A DNA stretch of 32,000 nt from Xylanibacter ruminicola 23 (GTDB lineage: Bacteria; Bacteroidota; Bacteroidia; Bacteroidales; Bacteroidaceae), in the NCBI RefSeq assembly GCF_000025925.1, contig NC_014033.1, positions 1,860,001-1,892,000 on the forward strand, read 5' to 3'. This document shows positions 9,337-19,371 of this stretch, piece after piece. Under the pieces are notes generated by a model, which saw only the letters and a program-made list of their open reading frames with translations, was not told the DNA's origin and did no database searches. The first letter of the stretch is position 1. The number at the start of each line of letters is the position of its first letter. A program made the position numbers and the translations under genes.

Positions 9337-11694
9337 CTAAAACTTGATATCGAACTTATATTCGGGGATTATTTCTACGTTCTGGATATCTACCACAGGG
9401 CCGTGTTCGAAATTGGGCACGGCCTTTTTGGGCAGATCGCCTAAGAAGGGAGCGTTGGCACGCAGCGGACGGAAATAAAACGTCAATGGATCGGTCTTAA
9501 GATCATCGGCATAGCGTTTCAAGCCAATCGTCCAGGGCTCGCCATGATAGAACTCATCCTGCACCAGCTGGCCCTTCATAAAGGCCATAGCCACATCGCC
9601 AACATAGTGGATGCGGAGGAAAAACTCTGACGCCTCTCCCCCTGCCCCTCTCCAAGTAGAGAGGGGAGTTTTTACTGATACCGACATGCGGCGGGGACCT
9701 GCTTTTGTTACCTCGAACTGGGGCGTAACAGGTGCTACGCTAGCTGCCAGAGCCTTAAAGCCCTGCTTGCTGGGATAAACCACATAGCTTACCTGATGGT
9801 TACCAAGGCTTAGCAGCGTGGCGCCATTGGCTGCAGGCAGCACGGTGGCATCGGTAATCAGCAGTTTGCCGTTTACCTTGAGTGCGTTCAGCGCCTGCTG
9901 GCGGGTAAGCGTGGTTACCTTGATGGTGCGACCAGAAGCCGTTTTTAAGGCAAAAGTACTCTTAAAACCTGCAACAGGCTTAAAAAAATGCTTTCCCTTT
10001 ACGGTGGTGGCATCAAACAGATATTCGGTAGCCATACCATCGGGCGCAAAGAAAAAATAATGCTCGGCATCACCATCCTTCAGCTTTGTAAGCAGCTGTG
10101 CGGTGGCGTATTTCAGCAACGCACCATCCATATCGAGATTGAAAGGCAGGATAACACTCTGATCCTTGCCAAGCGTAAAACCTCCCTGAGCGGGAATGTT
10201 TAATGTTTCATGTTTCATGTTTAATCTAACCTGCAGGTTAGTCTGATCGTGGCGCAGGGTGTCGTGGTCCTGAAAGTTAACCATAAACAGGAATCCGCTA
10301 CCATCCTTGATGCGGGCGGCATAGCGCAGATGGTCGCGATTGTCGGGTGTCATCTGCTGCCAATCGGCAGGCAGAACGGGCTCCATAGGCGCCAAAACAT
10401 CGCCGAAATCGGCCAGGAAAGTGTGCAGCAGTCGCAAGTTACGATACATCTTACCCTCGAGTCCGAACTCACCGATAGGTGCCTGAAAATCGTAGCTAAT
10501 CTTGGGCATACCCATGGGCTCATCGTTAAACGAACCCACCCCACCTATCTGCTTGGGCGTGCTACCACCATGATACATGTAATAGCCAATGCCATTGCTA
10601 CCGCTACCCAAGGTGCGCACCATCAGGCCCTCGGCTGCCTGAGCCGTTACTATCGGACGGGCGCCATAAATCATCTGGATACCAGCACCCATCTCGGCAC
10701 AGAACGAGGGGTAATCGGCAGGGTTATAACGTGTAGGCGCATAATCGGCCTCCTTGGTTAAATCCTTAAACATCAGGAATTTCGACATATGAGGCTTAGC
10801 CCAGAAGGGATAGGTATAGGCCGCTGTAACGGGGATGGCCTCGCCCTCGATAACAGCCGCATTACCCCACCCTGTGGCGGTGTAGAAAGGCACATCGATA
10901 CCAGCCTCAACAGCCATCTTTTTAAGCAGCTGCATGTGCAGGTTACCCATCTCGGCACCAGTAGCCTTACGCGCCTGGTTGCCCACACCAATCATGGCCT
11001 CGCCGGCATTGTAGCTGGCAGCCGTGTTATCCTTGGGTTCGCCGGCATAGGTAATGGCCCAAGGGGCAGCCGAATGCTGCATCTCGTTCTCAACCTGACA
11101 GCCGATAATCGGGCCACCATCCTTGTAATACAGGCCTTGCAACTGCTTGCCAATCTCGGTATAGAGTCGCTTAACGATTTTCAGGTATTCGGGATCGTTA
11201 CTACGCACCTCAAGAGGTTTGGCAAACAGCCAATCGGGGAAACCGCCACTACGAATCTCGCCATGGCAGAACGGACCGATACGCACAATCACAGCCATAT
11301 TGTGCTTTTTACAAAGCTCGATAAAGCGGCGCAGATTGCGCTGACCGTCCCAACGGAACTGGCCCTCAACCTCCTCGTGCAGGCTCCAGAACACATAGGT
11401 AGGGATAACAGTTACACCACCCGCCTTCATCTTCAAGATTTCCTCCTCCCACTGCTCGGCCGGGTAGCGACTGTAGTGGAACTCGCCCATCACGGGGATA
11501 ACAGGCTTGCCTGCCATCGACATATAAAAACTGTTTACATCGATACGCTCGCCCAGCGGGTTTACGCCACCCATGCGCAGGTGGTTACTACGTATAAGCT
11601 TAGGCTGTGCTGGCTCGTTAAGCTGGTACACCTGCTGTGCCTGTACCGCGGCACAGAACCCCAACGCTAACATCACGAATATCTGTCGTTTCAT
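9337..11694 (-). CDS. GH35-family beta-galactosidase, secreted
   Basis: Signal peptide MKRQIFVMLALGFCAAVQA. GH35-type catalytic region (GEFHYSRYPAEQWEEEILKMKAGG, IGPFCHGEIRSGGFPDWL, GCQVENEM). Length 785 aa. Confidence 0.8.
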   Translation of the reverse strand: MKRQIFVMLALGFCAAVQAQQVYQLNEPAQPKLIRSNHLRMGGVNPLGERIDVNSFYMSMAGKPVIPVMGEFHYSRYPAEQWEEEILKMKAGGVTVIPTYVFWSLHEEVEGQFRWDGQRNLRRFIELCKKHNMAVIVRIGPFCHGEIRSGGFPDWLFAKPLEVRSNDPEYLKIVKRLYTEIGKQLQGLYYKDGGPIIGCQVENEMQHSAAPWAITYAGEPKDNTAASYNAGEAMIGVGNQARKATGAEMGNLHMQLLKKMAVEAGIDVPFYTATGWGNAAVIEGEAIPVTAAYTYPFWAKPHMSKFLMFKDLTKEADYAPTRYNPADYPSFCAEMGAGIQMIYGARPIVTAQAAEGLMVRTLGSGSNGIGYYMYHGGSTPKQIGGVGSFNDEPMGMPKISYDFQAPIGEFGLEGKMYRNLRLLHTFLADFGDVLAPMEPVLPADWQQMTPDNRDHLRYAARIKDGSGFLFMVNFQDHDTLRHDQTNLQVRLNMKHETLNIPAQGGFTLGKDQSVILPFNLDMDGALLKYATAQLLTKLKDGDAEHYFFFAPDGMATEYLFDATTVKGKHFFKPVAGFKSTFALKTASGRTIKVTTLTRQQALNALKVNGKLLITDATVLPAANGATLLSLGNHQVSYVVYPSKQGFKALAASVAPVTPQFEVTKAGPRRMSVSVKTPLSTWRGAGGEASEFFLRIHYVGDVAMAFMKGQLVQDEFYHGEPWTIGLKRYADDLKTDPLTFYFRPLRANAPFLGDLPKKAVPNFEHGPVVDIQNVEIIPEYKFDIKF
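9645..9673 (+). repeat. GC-rich hairpin plus T-run (terminator-like palindromic element) embedded antisense inside the GH35 ORF
   Basis: cccctctc (9645-9652) pairs with gagagggg (9659-9666), then agttttt. On the coding strand it is translated as ..PLSTWRGAGGEASEF.. Confidence 0.6.
10192..10240. repeat. Heptamer micro-array (5 units) abutting a perfect 14-nt palindrome taacctgcaggtta, inside the GH35 ORF
   Basis: The units are gggaatg tttaatg tttcatg tttcatg tttaatc (10192-10226), then the palindrome at 10227-10240. Translated on the minus strand as NLQVRLNMKHETLNIP. Confidence 0.9.
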
Positions 11695-11781
11695 ACATCT
11701 GTTTTTTAATTCGGCTACAAAAATACAAAATCCCCCGCCAAATGACGAGGGATTTGAAAGAATTATTATAAAAATAATGTA

Positions 11782-13782
11782 TTACTGCAATGCAGGGGCA
11801 TCGGTCTCGGTGGGCCAGTATGGGTTCTGGTACATCGGACTCTGATCGATGCTGGCGTGGTCGGCTGCTGTGAGCAGGAACTGACGCAGAGGCAATGGCT
11901 GCAGATAGTAGGCCATACGCCATGTCAATCCCTTAGCATAGCTATTGTTGGTCATGTTAACCACGTGTGGGCAGTGGTACTCGCTGATGCTCTTCTGCGA
12001 TACGTTCGAGCTGCTCGAGCCATCGGCCACGAGGTCGTTATACCACTTCTCCATCGGTGTGTTCCATAGGTGGATACCCTCGGCATAAACAGGCTTCTTG
12101 ATCAGCTGCTCGTAGGCGCGCCAGCGCTTCAGGTCCATGTCGCGCAAGCCCTCGGCCAGGAACTCACAGCTGCGCTCACGACGGATGTTGTAGAGTGTAG
12201 CATCGGTGAGCAGCTCGCCAGCGGTGTAAGCACCCCAGTCGAGTGTCTCCTTGGTCATGTCGGTAGCAGCGATGGTCACCTGAGGATCGATGGCAGCACC
12301 GGTGAATCCGGCAGCCTCGCGCACCTTCTTCCAGTACTCCAGAATCTTGCCCGAGTTGATGTTCTTGGTGAGCATATACTCAGCCTCGATGTAGTTGAGC
12401 AGAGCCTCGGTGGCACGGAAGATAACACAAGCGTTGTAGCTACCGCCATTGGCAGTGAGCGAACGGTCGAAAGTCATACCCTTGCGGATAGCGTAACCAG
12501 TGATGTAACCATCCTCGGCATTAGCGTTGGTGATGTTTGGTGTAGGCTCTGTCTGAGTCCAGTGTGTACCGGCATCGTCGGTCACGTTCTTAAAGCAGTT
12601 CACCTGTCCGGGAACCTTCAGCATCACCTGCAGGCGTGGGTCGCGGTTCTCAACCACCTTGGCAATCTCTGAATCGTCGTAGGTATAGGCCGAAGCGTAG
12701 ATAGGCTTACCATCAGCCATCACATAGCGCTCCACCAGCGAACGGGTCACGCCTGTGCCGATGTTTCCCTTCTCAACAGCCACCTCGATATCGTTGTTCA
12801 GGCCCAGCGACTTGCTGTACTCGCGCCACAGCAGAATCTCGCTCTTGCCAGCGCAGTTGGTAGTGCCCCACAACTCGAGGTAAGGATTGCTCTCGCCCTC
12901 GGCCTGAGGAACCACGCCGTTGTTGATAGTCAGGCTGTTCTTATACTTCTCGGCCACCTCCTCGGCTGCTGCTGCAGCAGTCTCGAAGAAATACTTAGCC
13001 TCGTTCTCGATCGAACCAGTGGGGAACTGGTAGCCAGGATTCTTGGCAGCACCGGGCCATCCTGCACCATTGGGCACGAATGGAGTGCCGGCAAAGTTGG
13101 TGAGCCATGAACCCATGTAGAGGGCCACGCGGCTCTTGAACAGCTTGGCAGCGTCGGCCGAGATGCGGGTGTGGCGCTTCTCAAAGTCGGGTTTCATGTA
13201 AGTGATGGCTGTATCCAGGTTGTTCACGATGAAACGAGCCACCTCGTTACAAGGCTGACGATGGCTGGCAGCCACGAGCACTGCCTCGTTATCGGGCAGA
13301 GCCTCGGTCAGGATAGGCAGGTCGCCATACTTCTTCAGCATGTCGAAGTAAGCATAGGCACGGAAGAAATAAATCTCGCCCACATACTGACGGATGTTGG
13401 TCTCGTTGCCGCTGATGGCATTCTGGGCCAACTTAGCCTTGAGCTCAGCCAGCTGATAGTTCACGTTGCGGATGTTACCCCACGACCAGTCGCCCTCGCT
13501 CTGGGCGGTGTGCCACAGATTGGCCGAGAATTTGACGCTTGGTGTGCGGGCTGCCTGAACGTCGGTATTGTTATCGTTAGTGTAGGTTCCGTAGTCCCAA
13601 CCGCCATGACCAGGCATGATGTCCTGATAAAAACGGTTTGCTACAGCCTGCACCTGATCCTCGCTGGTGTAGAAATTCTCTGGTGTCAGCGATGATGGTG
13701 GCTCCTGCTCCAGATAGTCGGTACATGAAGTAACGCCAGCTGCGAGAGCCAATGCTATGAATGATGATTTATAGAGTTTCAT
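11782..13782 (-). CDS. susD: SusD/RagB-family outer-membrane lipoprotein
   Basis: Lipoprotein signal (ALALAAGVTSCTDYLEQEP), 666 aa, SusD-like TPR-rich composition, immediately downstream of a SusC-type gene. Confidence 0.9.
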   Translation of the reverse strand: MKLYKSSFIALALAAGVTSCTDYLEQEPPSSLTPENFYTSEDQVQAVANRFYQDIMPGHGGWDYGTYTNDNNTDVQAARTPSVKFSANLWHTAQSEGDWSWGNIRNVNYQLAELKAKLAQNAISGNETNIRQYVGEIYFFRAYAYFDMLKKYGDLPILTEALPDNEAVLVAASHRQPCNEVARFIVNNLDTAITYMKPDFEKRHTRISADAAKLFKSRVALYMGSWLTNFAGTPFVPNGAGWPGAAKNPGYQFPTGSIENEAKYFFETAAAAAEEVAEKYKNSLTINNGVVPQAEGESNPYLELWGTTNCAGKSEILLWREYSKSLGLNNDIEVAVEKGNIGTGVTRSLVERYVMADGKPIYASAYTYDDSEIAKVVENRDPRLQVMLKVPGQVNCFKNVTDDAGTHWTQTEPTPNITNANAEDGYITGYAIRKGMTFDRSLTANGGSYNACVIFRATEALLNYIEAEYMLTKNINSGKILEYWKKVREAAGFTGAAIDPQVTIAATDMTKETLDWGAYTAGELLTDATLYNIRRERSCEFLAEGLRDMDLKRWRAYEQLIKKPVYAEGIHLWNTPMEKWYNDLVADGSSSSNVSQKSISEYHCPHVVNMTNNSYAKGLTWRMAYYLQPLPLRQFLLTAADHASIDQSPMYQNPYWPTETDAPALQ

Positions 13783-13819
13783 AATTTCCTAATCTTTTTT
13801 TTTACGTGAATGTTTACCA

Positions 13820-16800
13820 TTAGAATGATACGTTAAGACCGAATGCAAATGTCTTCTGCAAAGGATAGCCGTTGTTCTGATCAACCGAGTTCGACATCAG
13901 TTCAGGATCGAACTGGTGAGGCATCTTGGTGATAGTAAACAGGTTCTCGGCCGAAACAAATACACGCAGGTTGCTGATGCCCCAAGGCTGAGTGATCTGG
14001 CGTGGCAGGGTGTAACCCAGCTGCAGGTTCTTCAGGCGAACATAAGCACCATTCATCAGGTAGCGTGTCTGGGCCTGCTCGTTCTTGTCGCTGAACTGTA
14101 CGCGGGGCAACCAGGCATCCTGGTTAGCCTGCTGGTAACCGTTCTGTACCGACCAGGTGTTGGCATCGCGATAGTAGTCCTGAACATCGGTGATACCTAC
14201 GCTCCACCACTCCCATGAGTTGGTGGTACCGAACAGATACTCCAGACCGCCGCCCCATGAGCCGCCAATCCACCAGTCGCGCTTCATCACGCCCTGGAAG
14301 AAGGCGCTGATATCAAAGCCCTTGTAAGCTGCATTCAGGTTCAAACCAACCAGGTAGCGAGGTGTTGAGTTACCAATCACCTTCAGGTCGCCGTGGTCGG
14401 CCAGTGTCTGAGCGCCGCGCGAAATCTTGTTATCGCCGTTCAGGTCGCGGTACATAATGTCACCGGCAGCCCAGTTGCTGCCCAGTGAGCTCTGATCGGC
14501 TGTTGCCAGGTGAGCGTTCATCTCCTCGTCGCTCTTAGCGATACCGATGGTCTCGAAGCCCCAGATTTCGTTCATGTAACGACCCTCGATATAGTTGTTA
14601 ATCGAACCGGTGGGGTTGTTAGGATAACGGGTAATCTTGGTGCGGGCGTCAGAGATGTTGAAGGTAACACCGTAAGACAGACCGTTCTTGAGCACGTCGC
14701 GCCAGCTGATCTGCAACTCCCAACCAGCAGTGCGCAAGTCAGTATTGTTGGTCACGGGCACACCAGTACCCAGGATGGCAGGCAGCTCAGGAGCGTTACC
14801 AACCATATCCTTGGTGTTACGGATATAGTAATCGAAAGTACCAGTCAGTCGGTTGTTGAAAGCACCGAAGTCGAGACCCAGGTCGTAGCTCTCCACCTTC
14901 TCCCATGTCAGCAGGGCCGAAACCAGTCCAGGAGCGCTGGTGGTGTTAGGCTTAGCGCCATTCTGCAACCATGAACCAGCCACCGAGTTGTAGGCGATGG
15001 TCTGATAGGTCTGATACCAGTTGTTGATGTTCTGGTTACCCAGCGAACCATAAGAAGCACGCAGCTTCAGGGTGTTGACAGTACCGGCCAGATTCTCCCA
15101 GAACTTCTCGCGGGCGATGTTCCAACCCAGTGATACTGAGGGGAATAGCTTCCACATCTTGTCGCTACGGAAACGTGAGGTACCATCGTAACGCAGGTTA
15201 GCCTCGAACAGGTACTTCTCGTCGTAGTTGTAGTTCACACGACCGAAGAAACCGGCTGTCTGCCACTGGTTGCGCGAACCGTTCACATCAGGAACGATAG
15301 CCTCGCCCGAGTAGCTCAGACCGTTGGTCAGGTCAACCTCCGACTTAGTAGGATCCAGGATACCGTTGCGCTGCAGGCCGAACTGAGTGCGCTTGAGCTG
15401 CTCGGTCTGGAAACCGCCCATCACGTGGAAGTTGTGCTTCTCGGCCAGCGACCAAGTGTATTCGGTGTAGGCCTGGAAGTTCAGGTAGTTATCCTTATAC
15501 TCATCCTCGTGAACATTCGAGTTCTGGTTGTAGATGATAGCCTCGCCAGCCACGTTGTGGTTGTAGGTGCGCTGGCTATCCCAGTGGCGGATAGAGTTAT
15601 CTATTTTGTAGTTGAAATCGATATGGGTGATCCAGTTCTTGATAGGCTCGATCACGAAACCAAGCTGGTGGTTGAGCACGTCGCGCTCCTTACGATCCAC
15701 ACCACCTGTTGCCAAACCCAGAGCTGGTGATGGTGATGAGTACAGATAGCCGTTGCGATCGTAGAGAGGCAGCATAGGCCAACCCTGACGGGCCATATCG
15801 TTATACAGGCTGCTGGTGAGGGCAGCTGGACGATGATAGTTGGTGCGGGCAAAACGCATGTTGTAGTTCATGCGAATCCACTTGGCCAGCTCGATGTTCA
15901 TCTTGGCGGTACCGTTGTAGCGCTTGTAACCATCGCTACCCATGTTCATGAAACCGCCCTGGTCCAGATAACCGATTGAGGCATAGAAGTTAAGCTTGTC
16001 GGAACCGCCGTTCACGCTGGCGTTGTGCTCCTGCGAGAAGGCTGAGTTGCGGTAAACCACGTCGTACCAGTCCACATCGTCGATACCGTAACCGTAACCG
16101 TCGTCCCAGGTCACACCGTTCTGCGAACCGATAGCGTAAACCAGCTTGCCATCGGCTGTGCGACGGGTGCCAGGACCTACTGGGGTGGCATCGTGATACT
16201 CCTTGATGGCTGCCATGCGCTCGGCATCGAAGAATACCGACTGACCCTGATTGGTCTTGGCATCGTTCAACCACGAAGCATAGTCAACCGAGTTCATCAT
16301 GTGCTTGCCACGAATCAGGTTGCTGAAACGGAAACTGTTGTTATAGTTCACCTTCACCTTGCTGTCCTTGCCACCGTTCTTAGTGGTAATCAGGATCACA
16401 CCGAAAGGTGCACGGCTACCATAGATTGATGATGCAGCAGCATCCTTCAGAACCGAGATGCTCTGGATATCCTGTGGGTTGATGGTGTTCAGGTCGCCCT
16501 CCATACCGTCGATCAGGATCAGAGGCGAACCGCTTGAACCCTCACCGATAGTGGCGGTACCACGAACGTTGATGCTGGGTGATGCATCGAGCGAACCGCT
16601 GGTTGATGCAATCTGCAGTCCAGGAACAACACCCTGCAAGGCCTGAGCGGCATTTGCTACGGGGCGCTGAGCCAGCTCGTCGCCATCAACAACAGAAACG
16701 GCACCCGTCAGATTCACCTTCTTCTGAGTACCGAAACCTACTACTACCACCTCCTGGAGAGCCTTTGAATCCTCCAAAAGGGTTACCTTTACATGCTGAC

Positions 16801-17116
16801 CAGCGACCTTGATAACCTGAGTCTTGTAGCCGATGTAGCTAATCTCGAGTTCATCACCACGCTGGGCATCGATGGTAAAGTTACCATCATAATCGCTAAT
16901 GGCGCCTTTCTGGCTACCCTTAACTTTGATGGTGGCACCAATAATGGCTTCGCCAGTCTGGTCAACCACAACACCTTTAACACTTGCAGTTTGCTGAATA
17001 CCAGTCACTCCACCATACGCCATCACATAGTTTACAGGCGCACCAGCTAAGAGCAACGCAGCCAAGGCCGATGTTAAACACACGCGCCTTGTTGACAATT
17101 GATTCATCTTGTACAT
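13820..17116 (-). CDS. susC: SusC-type TonB-dependent outer-membrane transporter
   Basis: 1098 aa with an N-terminal carboxypeptidase-regulatory-like domain (VKGVVVDQTGEAIIGATIKVKG), a plug domain (ISVLKDAAASSIYGSRAPFGVILITTK) and a C-terminal aromatic residue (..NVSF). Confidence 0.92.
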   Translation of the reverse strand: MYKMNQLSTRRVCLTSALAALLLAGAPVNYVMAYGGVTGIQQTASVKGVVVDQTGEAIIGATIKVKGSQKGAISDYDGNFTIDAQRGDELEISYIGYKTQVIKVAGQHVKVTLLEDSKALQEVVVVGFGTQKKVNLTGAVSVVDGDELAQRPVANAAQALQGVVPGLQIASTSGSLDASPSINVRGTATIGEGSSGSPLILIDGMEGDLNTINPQDIQSISVLKDAAASSIYGSRAPFGVILITTKNGGKDSKVKVNYNNSFRFSNLIRGKHMMNSVDYASWLNDAKTNQGQSVFFDAERMAAIKEYHDATPVGPGTRRTADGKLVYAIGSQNGVTWDDGYGYGIDDVDWYDVVYRNSAFSQEHNASVNGGSDKLNFYASIGYLDQGGFMNMGSDGYKRYNGTAKMNIELAKWIRMNYNMRFARTNYHRPAALTSSLYNDMARQGWPMLPLYDRNGYLYSSPSPALGLATGGVDRKERDVLNHQLGFVIEPIKNWITHIDFNYKIDNSIRHWDSQRTYNHNVAGEAIIYNQNSNVHEDEYKDNYLNFQAYTEYTWSLAEKHNFHVMGGFQTEQLKRTQFGLQRNGILDPTKSEVDLTNGLSYSGEAIVPDVNGSRNQWQTAGFFGRVNYNYDEKYLFEANLRYDGTSRFRSDKMWKLFPSVSLGWNIAREKFWENLAGTVNTLKLRASYGSLGNQNINNWYQTYQTIAYNSVAGSWLQNGAKPNTTSAPGLVSALLTWEKVESYDLGLDFGAFNNRLTGTFDYYIRNTKDMVGNAPELPAILGTGVPVTNNTDLRTAGWELQISWRDVLKNGLSYGVTFNISDARTKITRYPNNPTGSINNYIEGRYMNEIWGFETIGIAKSDEEMNAHLATADQSSLGSNWAAGDIMYRDLNGDNKISRGAQTLADHGDLKVIGNSTPRYLVGLNLNAAYKGFDISAFFQGVMKRDWWIGGSWGGGLEYLFGTTNSWEWWSVGITDVQDYYRDANTWSVQNGYQQANQDAWLPRVQFSDKNEQAQTRYLMNGAYVRLKNLQLGYTLPRQITQPWGISNLRVFVSAENLFTITKMPHQFDPELMSNSVDQNNGYPLQKTFAFGLNVSF

Positions 17117-17266
17117 TTTAATTTTTTGATGAGTTAGTTAATTATTATTGTTAGTAAACAATCTTTCCAAAATTTTTTCAGGGCACAAAATTAAGTAATT
17201 TTTCCGATTTAATGCAAAATTACACCAGAAAAATCACTCAAATTGTTATAATATGTAAAAATAACC

Positions 17267-19225
17267 CTATTTCAGGAATGGCTGGACGGTCTCATCGGGT
17301 CCGAGGTAGAATCCTGGCTCCGATGGCTGGTTGTAGCCCACGTTCTGAGCAGCGGTCGAAAGGCGGTAGGGGATGTCCTCCATCAGGCAGTTGATACGAT
17401 AGGCTGTAGGGATGGGCGACACAAAGATGCGCAGCTCGCTGCTGTCGGGGGTGCGGGCTATCACCTCCTCGCGCCAATCGCCTAATATATCGGCCGACAG
17501 GCATGGATTCGACTTGGTCCAGTTGTTGAACACCACGCCTTCGAACTTGGTTACGTCTGCAATAGTATGGTTCTGCCAATCGTACTTGCTCACGGTTTCG
17601 TGGTCGAGCAGTTCGCGCAGCAGGTCGCCATCCCACCAGATGCCGAAGTTTACCGACAGGTGGCGGCCACCCAGCTTCAGGTGCTGCTTGTGCTGCGGGT
17701 CGTCAGGATCTTCGGCGGTGTAAAGCACCTCGCCCTTCATGTTACGGATGCCATGACTATCGGTACTCCACATCTCCAAGCCAGGATTGGTGGGGTCGAT
17801 ATCAGCCGCCATGCAGCGACCCACATCATTGGCTGATGGTATCTTAAAAATCACCTCGCCTGTACGGGCATTACGGAAATCGCTGCCATCGCGGCGGTTC
17901 TCGTGGCAGTCCCACACCTGCAGTTCGGTGCTCTTCGGGTCGAAAGCCATCAGGTGCAGCGCATCGCCATGGCCCATGCCGGTATTATACAATCCACGGC
18001 CATCGTGATCTACCGCCATCGAGCCGTAGGTAATCTCGTCGCAACCGTCGCCATCCACATCAGCCACACGCAGGTTGTGGTTACCCTGTCCCGCATAGCT
18101 GTGCAGGGGTTTGCCATCCTTGCCAACACCCTCGTTATTGGTGTCGAACACCCAGTGCTGCTTCAGTTCGTGGCCGTCCCAATCCCAGGCAGCCAGCACG
18201 GTACGGGTGTAATAACCGCGACAGAAGATGGCCGAGGCATGCTTGCCATCCAGATAGCCCACGGCAGCCAGCATACGGTCGGAACGGTTGGCATAGTTAT
18301 CGCCCCAGTCGCTCAGGTTACCACGTGCAGGCACGTAGGGTTTGGTAGCCAAAGCCTTACCCGTTAAACCATCAAACACGGTGATATATTCGTTGCCGGT
18401 TAATATACGCCCTGTTTTAGGGCGCCCCTGCTTATTATACTTAACCCACTCGCCTTCGGGCTTGGGATTCTCGGCATCGGCAGGCGCACGGTGGCGGTAG
18501 TCGGCATTGGCATCGCCAATCACACGCCCCACTCCATCGCGGGTACCATCACTGGTACGCACCATCAGCTCGGCACGTCCGTCGCCATCCAAATCATAAA
18601 ATATAAAAGGTGTATAGTGGGCGCCGCTACGGATGTTGATACCCAAATCGATACGCCACAGCAGCGTACCATCCAGTCGGTAGCAGTCCAACAGCGTGGA
18701 GCCGGTATAGCCATCGTGGGCATTATCGTGGGCATTGGTTGGGTCCCACTTCAGCAGTATCTCGTATTGTCCGTCGGCATCCACATCGCCCACACTGGCA
18801 TCGTTGGCCGTATAGCCGAACGTACGTCCGTCGGGTGTTACGCCATCGGCAGGCTTCTGCAGTTTGATGGGCAGATAGCCATCGGGGGCATCTGCACGCA
18901 ACTGGTAGCAGCCGTTCTTGCCGCCACCACGCACCTCGTAGGTAGCATCGGCAGTCAACGGCGCTTCGTCAACAAAAAAAGTACCACCCTGTCGCAAGGG
19001 CTTAGAATTCAGCTTTTGTCCGTTGCGGTACACATCAAAGGGTTGACCTACGGCATCGCTGGTAAGGGTGCGCCAGCTTACCATCACCTGATTTCCACTA
19101 CGGATGGCTACCACGCCACGGTCTAATTGTTCGCGGTTGATATGCTGCATGTCATAACGCGGCTGGGCCTGCAGCATGGTGGCGCCCAACAGCATGAGTA
19201 CGGTTGTTAGTGTATTCCTTTTCAT
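17267..19225 (-). CDS. PL11-family rhamnogalacturonan lyase (YesW-like beta-propeller)
   Basis: N-terminal LDRGVVAIRSGNQVMVSWRTL..FDVYRNG and repeated calcium/FG-GAP-like DxDGDG blocks (DVDADGQYEILLKWDP, DLDGDGRAELMV, DVDGDGCDEITYG). The start is set at the ATG at 19223-19225 (MKRNTLTTVLMLLG signal). The track start at 19249 is a TTG that overlaps the -7 box. Confidence 0.8.
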   Translation of the reverse strand: MKRNTLTTVLMLLGATMLQAQPRYDMQHINREQLDRGVVAIRSGNQVMVSWRTLTSDAVGQPFDVYRNGQKLNSKPLRQGGTFFVDEAPLTADATYEVRGGGKNGCYQLRADAPDGYLPIKLQKPADGVTPDGRTFGYTANDASVGDVDADGQYEILLKWDPTNAHDNAHDGYTGSTLLDCYRLDGTLLWRIDLGINIRSGAHYTPFIFYDLDGDGRAELMVRTSDGTRDGVGRVIGDANADYRHRAPADAENPKPEGEWVKYNKQGRPKTGRILTGNEYITVFDGLTGKALATKPYVPARGNLSDWGDNYANRSDRMLAAVGYLDGKHASAIFCRGYYTRTVLAAWDWDGHELKQHWVFDTNNEGVGKDGKPLHSYAGQGNHNLRVADVDGDGCDEITYGSMAVDHDGRGLYNTGMGHGDALHLMAFDPKSTELQVWDCHENRRDGSDFRNARTGEVIFKIPSANDVGRCMAADIDPTNPGLEMWSTDSHGIRNMKGEVLYTAEDPDDPQHKQHLKLGGRHLSVNFGIWWDGDLLRELLDHETVSKYDWQNHTIADVTKFEGVVFNNWTKSNPCLSADILGDWREEVIARTPDSSELRIFVSPIPTAYRINCLMEDIPYRLSTAAQNVGYNQPSEPGFYLGPDETVQPFLK

Positions 19226-19246
19226 CGTTAAATCATGTTTTTTCTG

Positions 19247-19254
19247 CAAATTTA
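19247..19254 (-). promoter_or_regulatory. -7 promoter box TAAATTTG for the PL11 gene
   Basis: The reverse complement of caaattta matches TAnnTTTG, 22 nt upstream of the ATG at 19225. Confidence 0.4.
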
Positions 19255-19341
19255 CACCATATTTATAATATGCGCTCGACTTTTTATACGAAAATCTGTA
19301 GATTTGTACGTTTTACATGCACGTATCTCGGAAATAATCGT

Positions 19342-19349
19342 TAATTTTG
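19342..19349 (+). promoter_or_regulatory. -7 promoter box TAATTTTG for the HTCS gene
   Basis: Matches TAnnTTTG, 23 nt upstream of the ATG at 19372. Confidence 0.4.
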
Positions 19350-19371
19350 CGCCAAATAACGACTAACAACG

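Noticed and set aside
10227-10240. CCTGCAGG (8-cutter site) palindrome as a sign of cloning or an engineered junction
   Set aside because: The reading frame is continuous through it and the flanks are native GH35 sequence. A single palindrome is not evidence of engineering.
9337-11694. Splitting the GH35 ORF into two genes at the heptamer array (10192-10226)
   Set aside because: There is no stop codon in frame and no internal start context. Sequence on both sides is consistent with one multi-domain GH35 enzyme.
19226-19249. Upstream alternative starts given by the ORF track (TTG at 19249 for PL11; extensions 7415-7468 for cysE and 8446-8532 for oxyR)
   Set aside because: The extensions overlap the TAnnTTTG promoter boxes and add non-signal-like sequence. 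The internal ATGs give canonical N-termini: signal peptide MKRNT..., MDKTK..., and LysR HTH MTLQQL....
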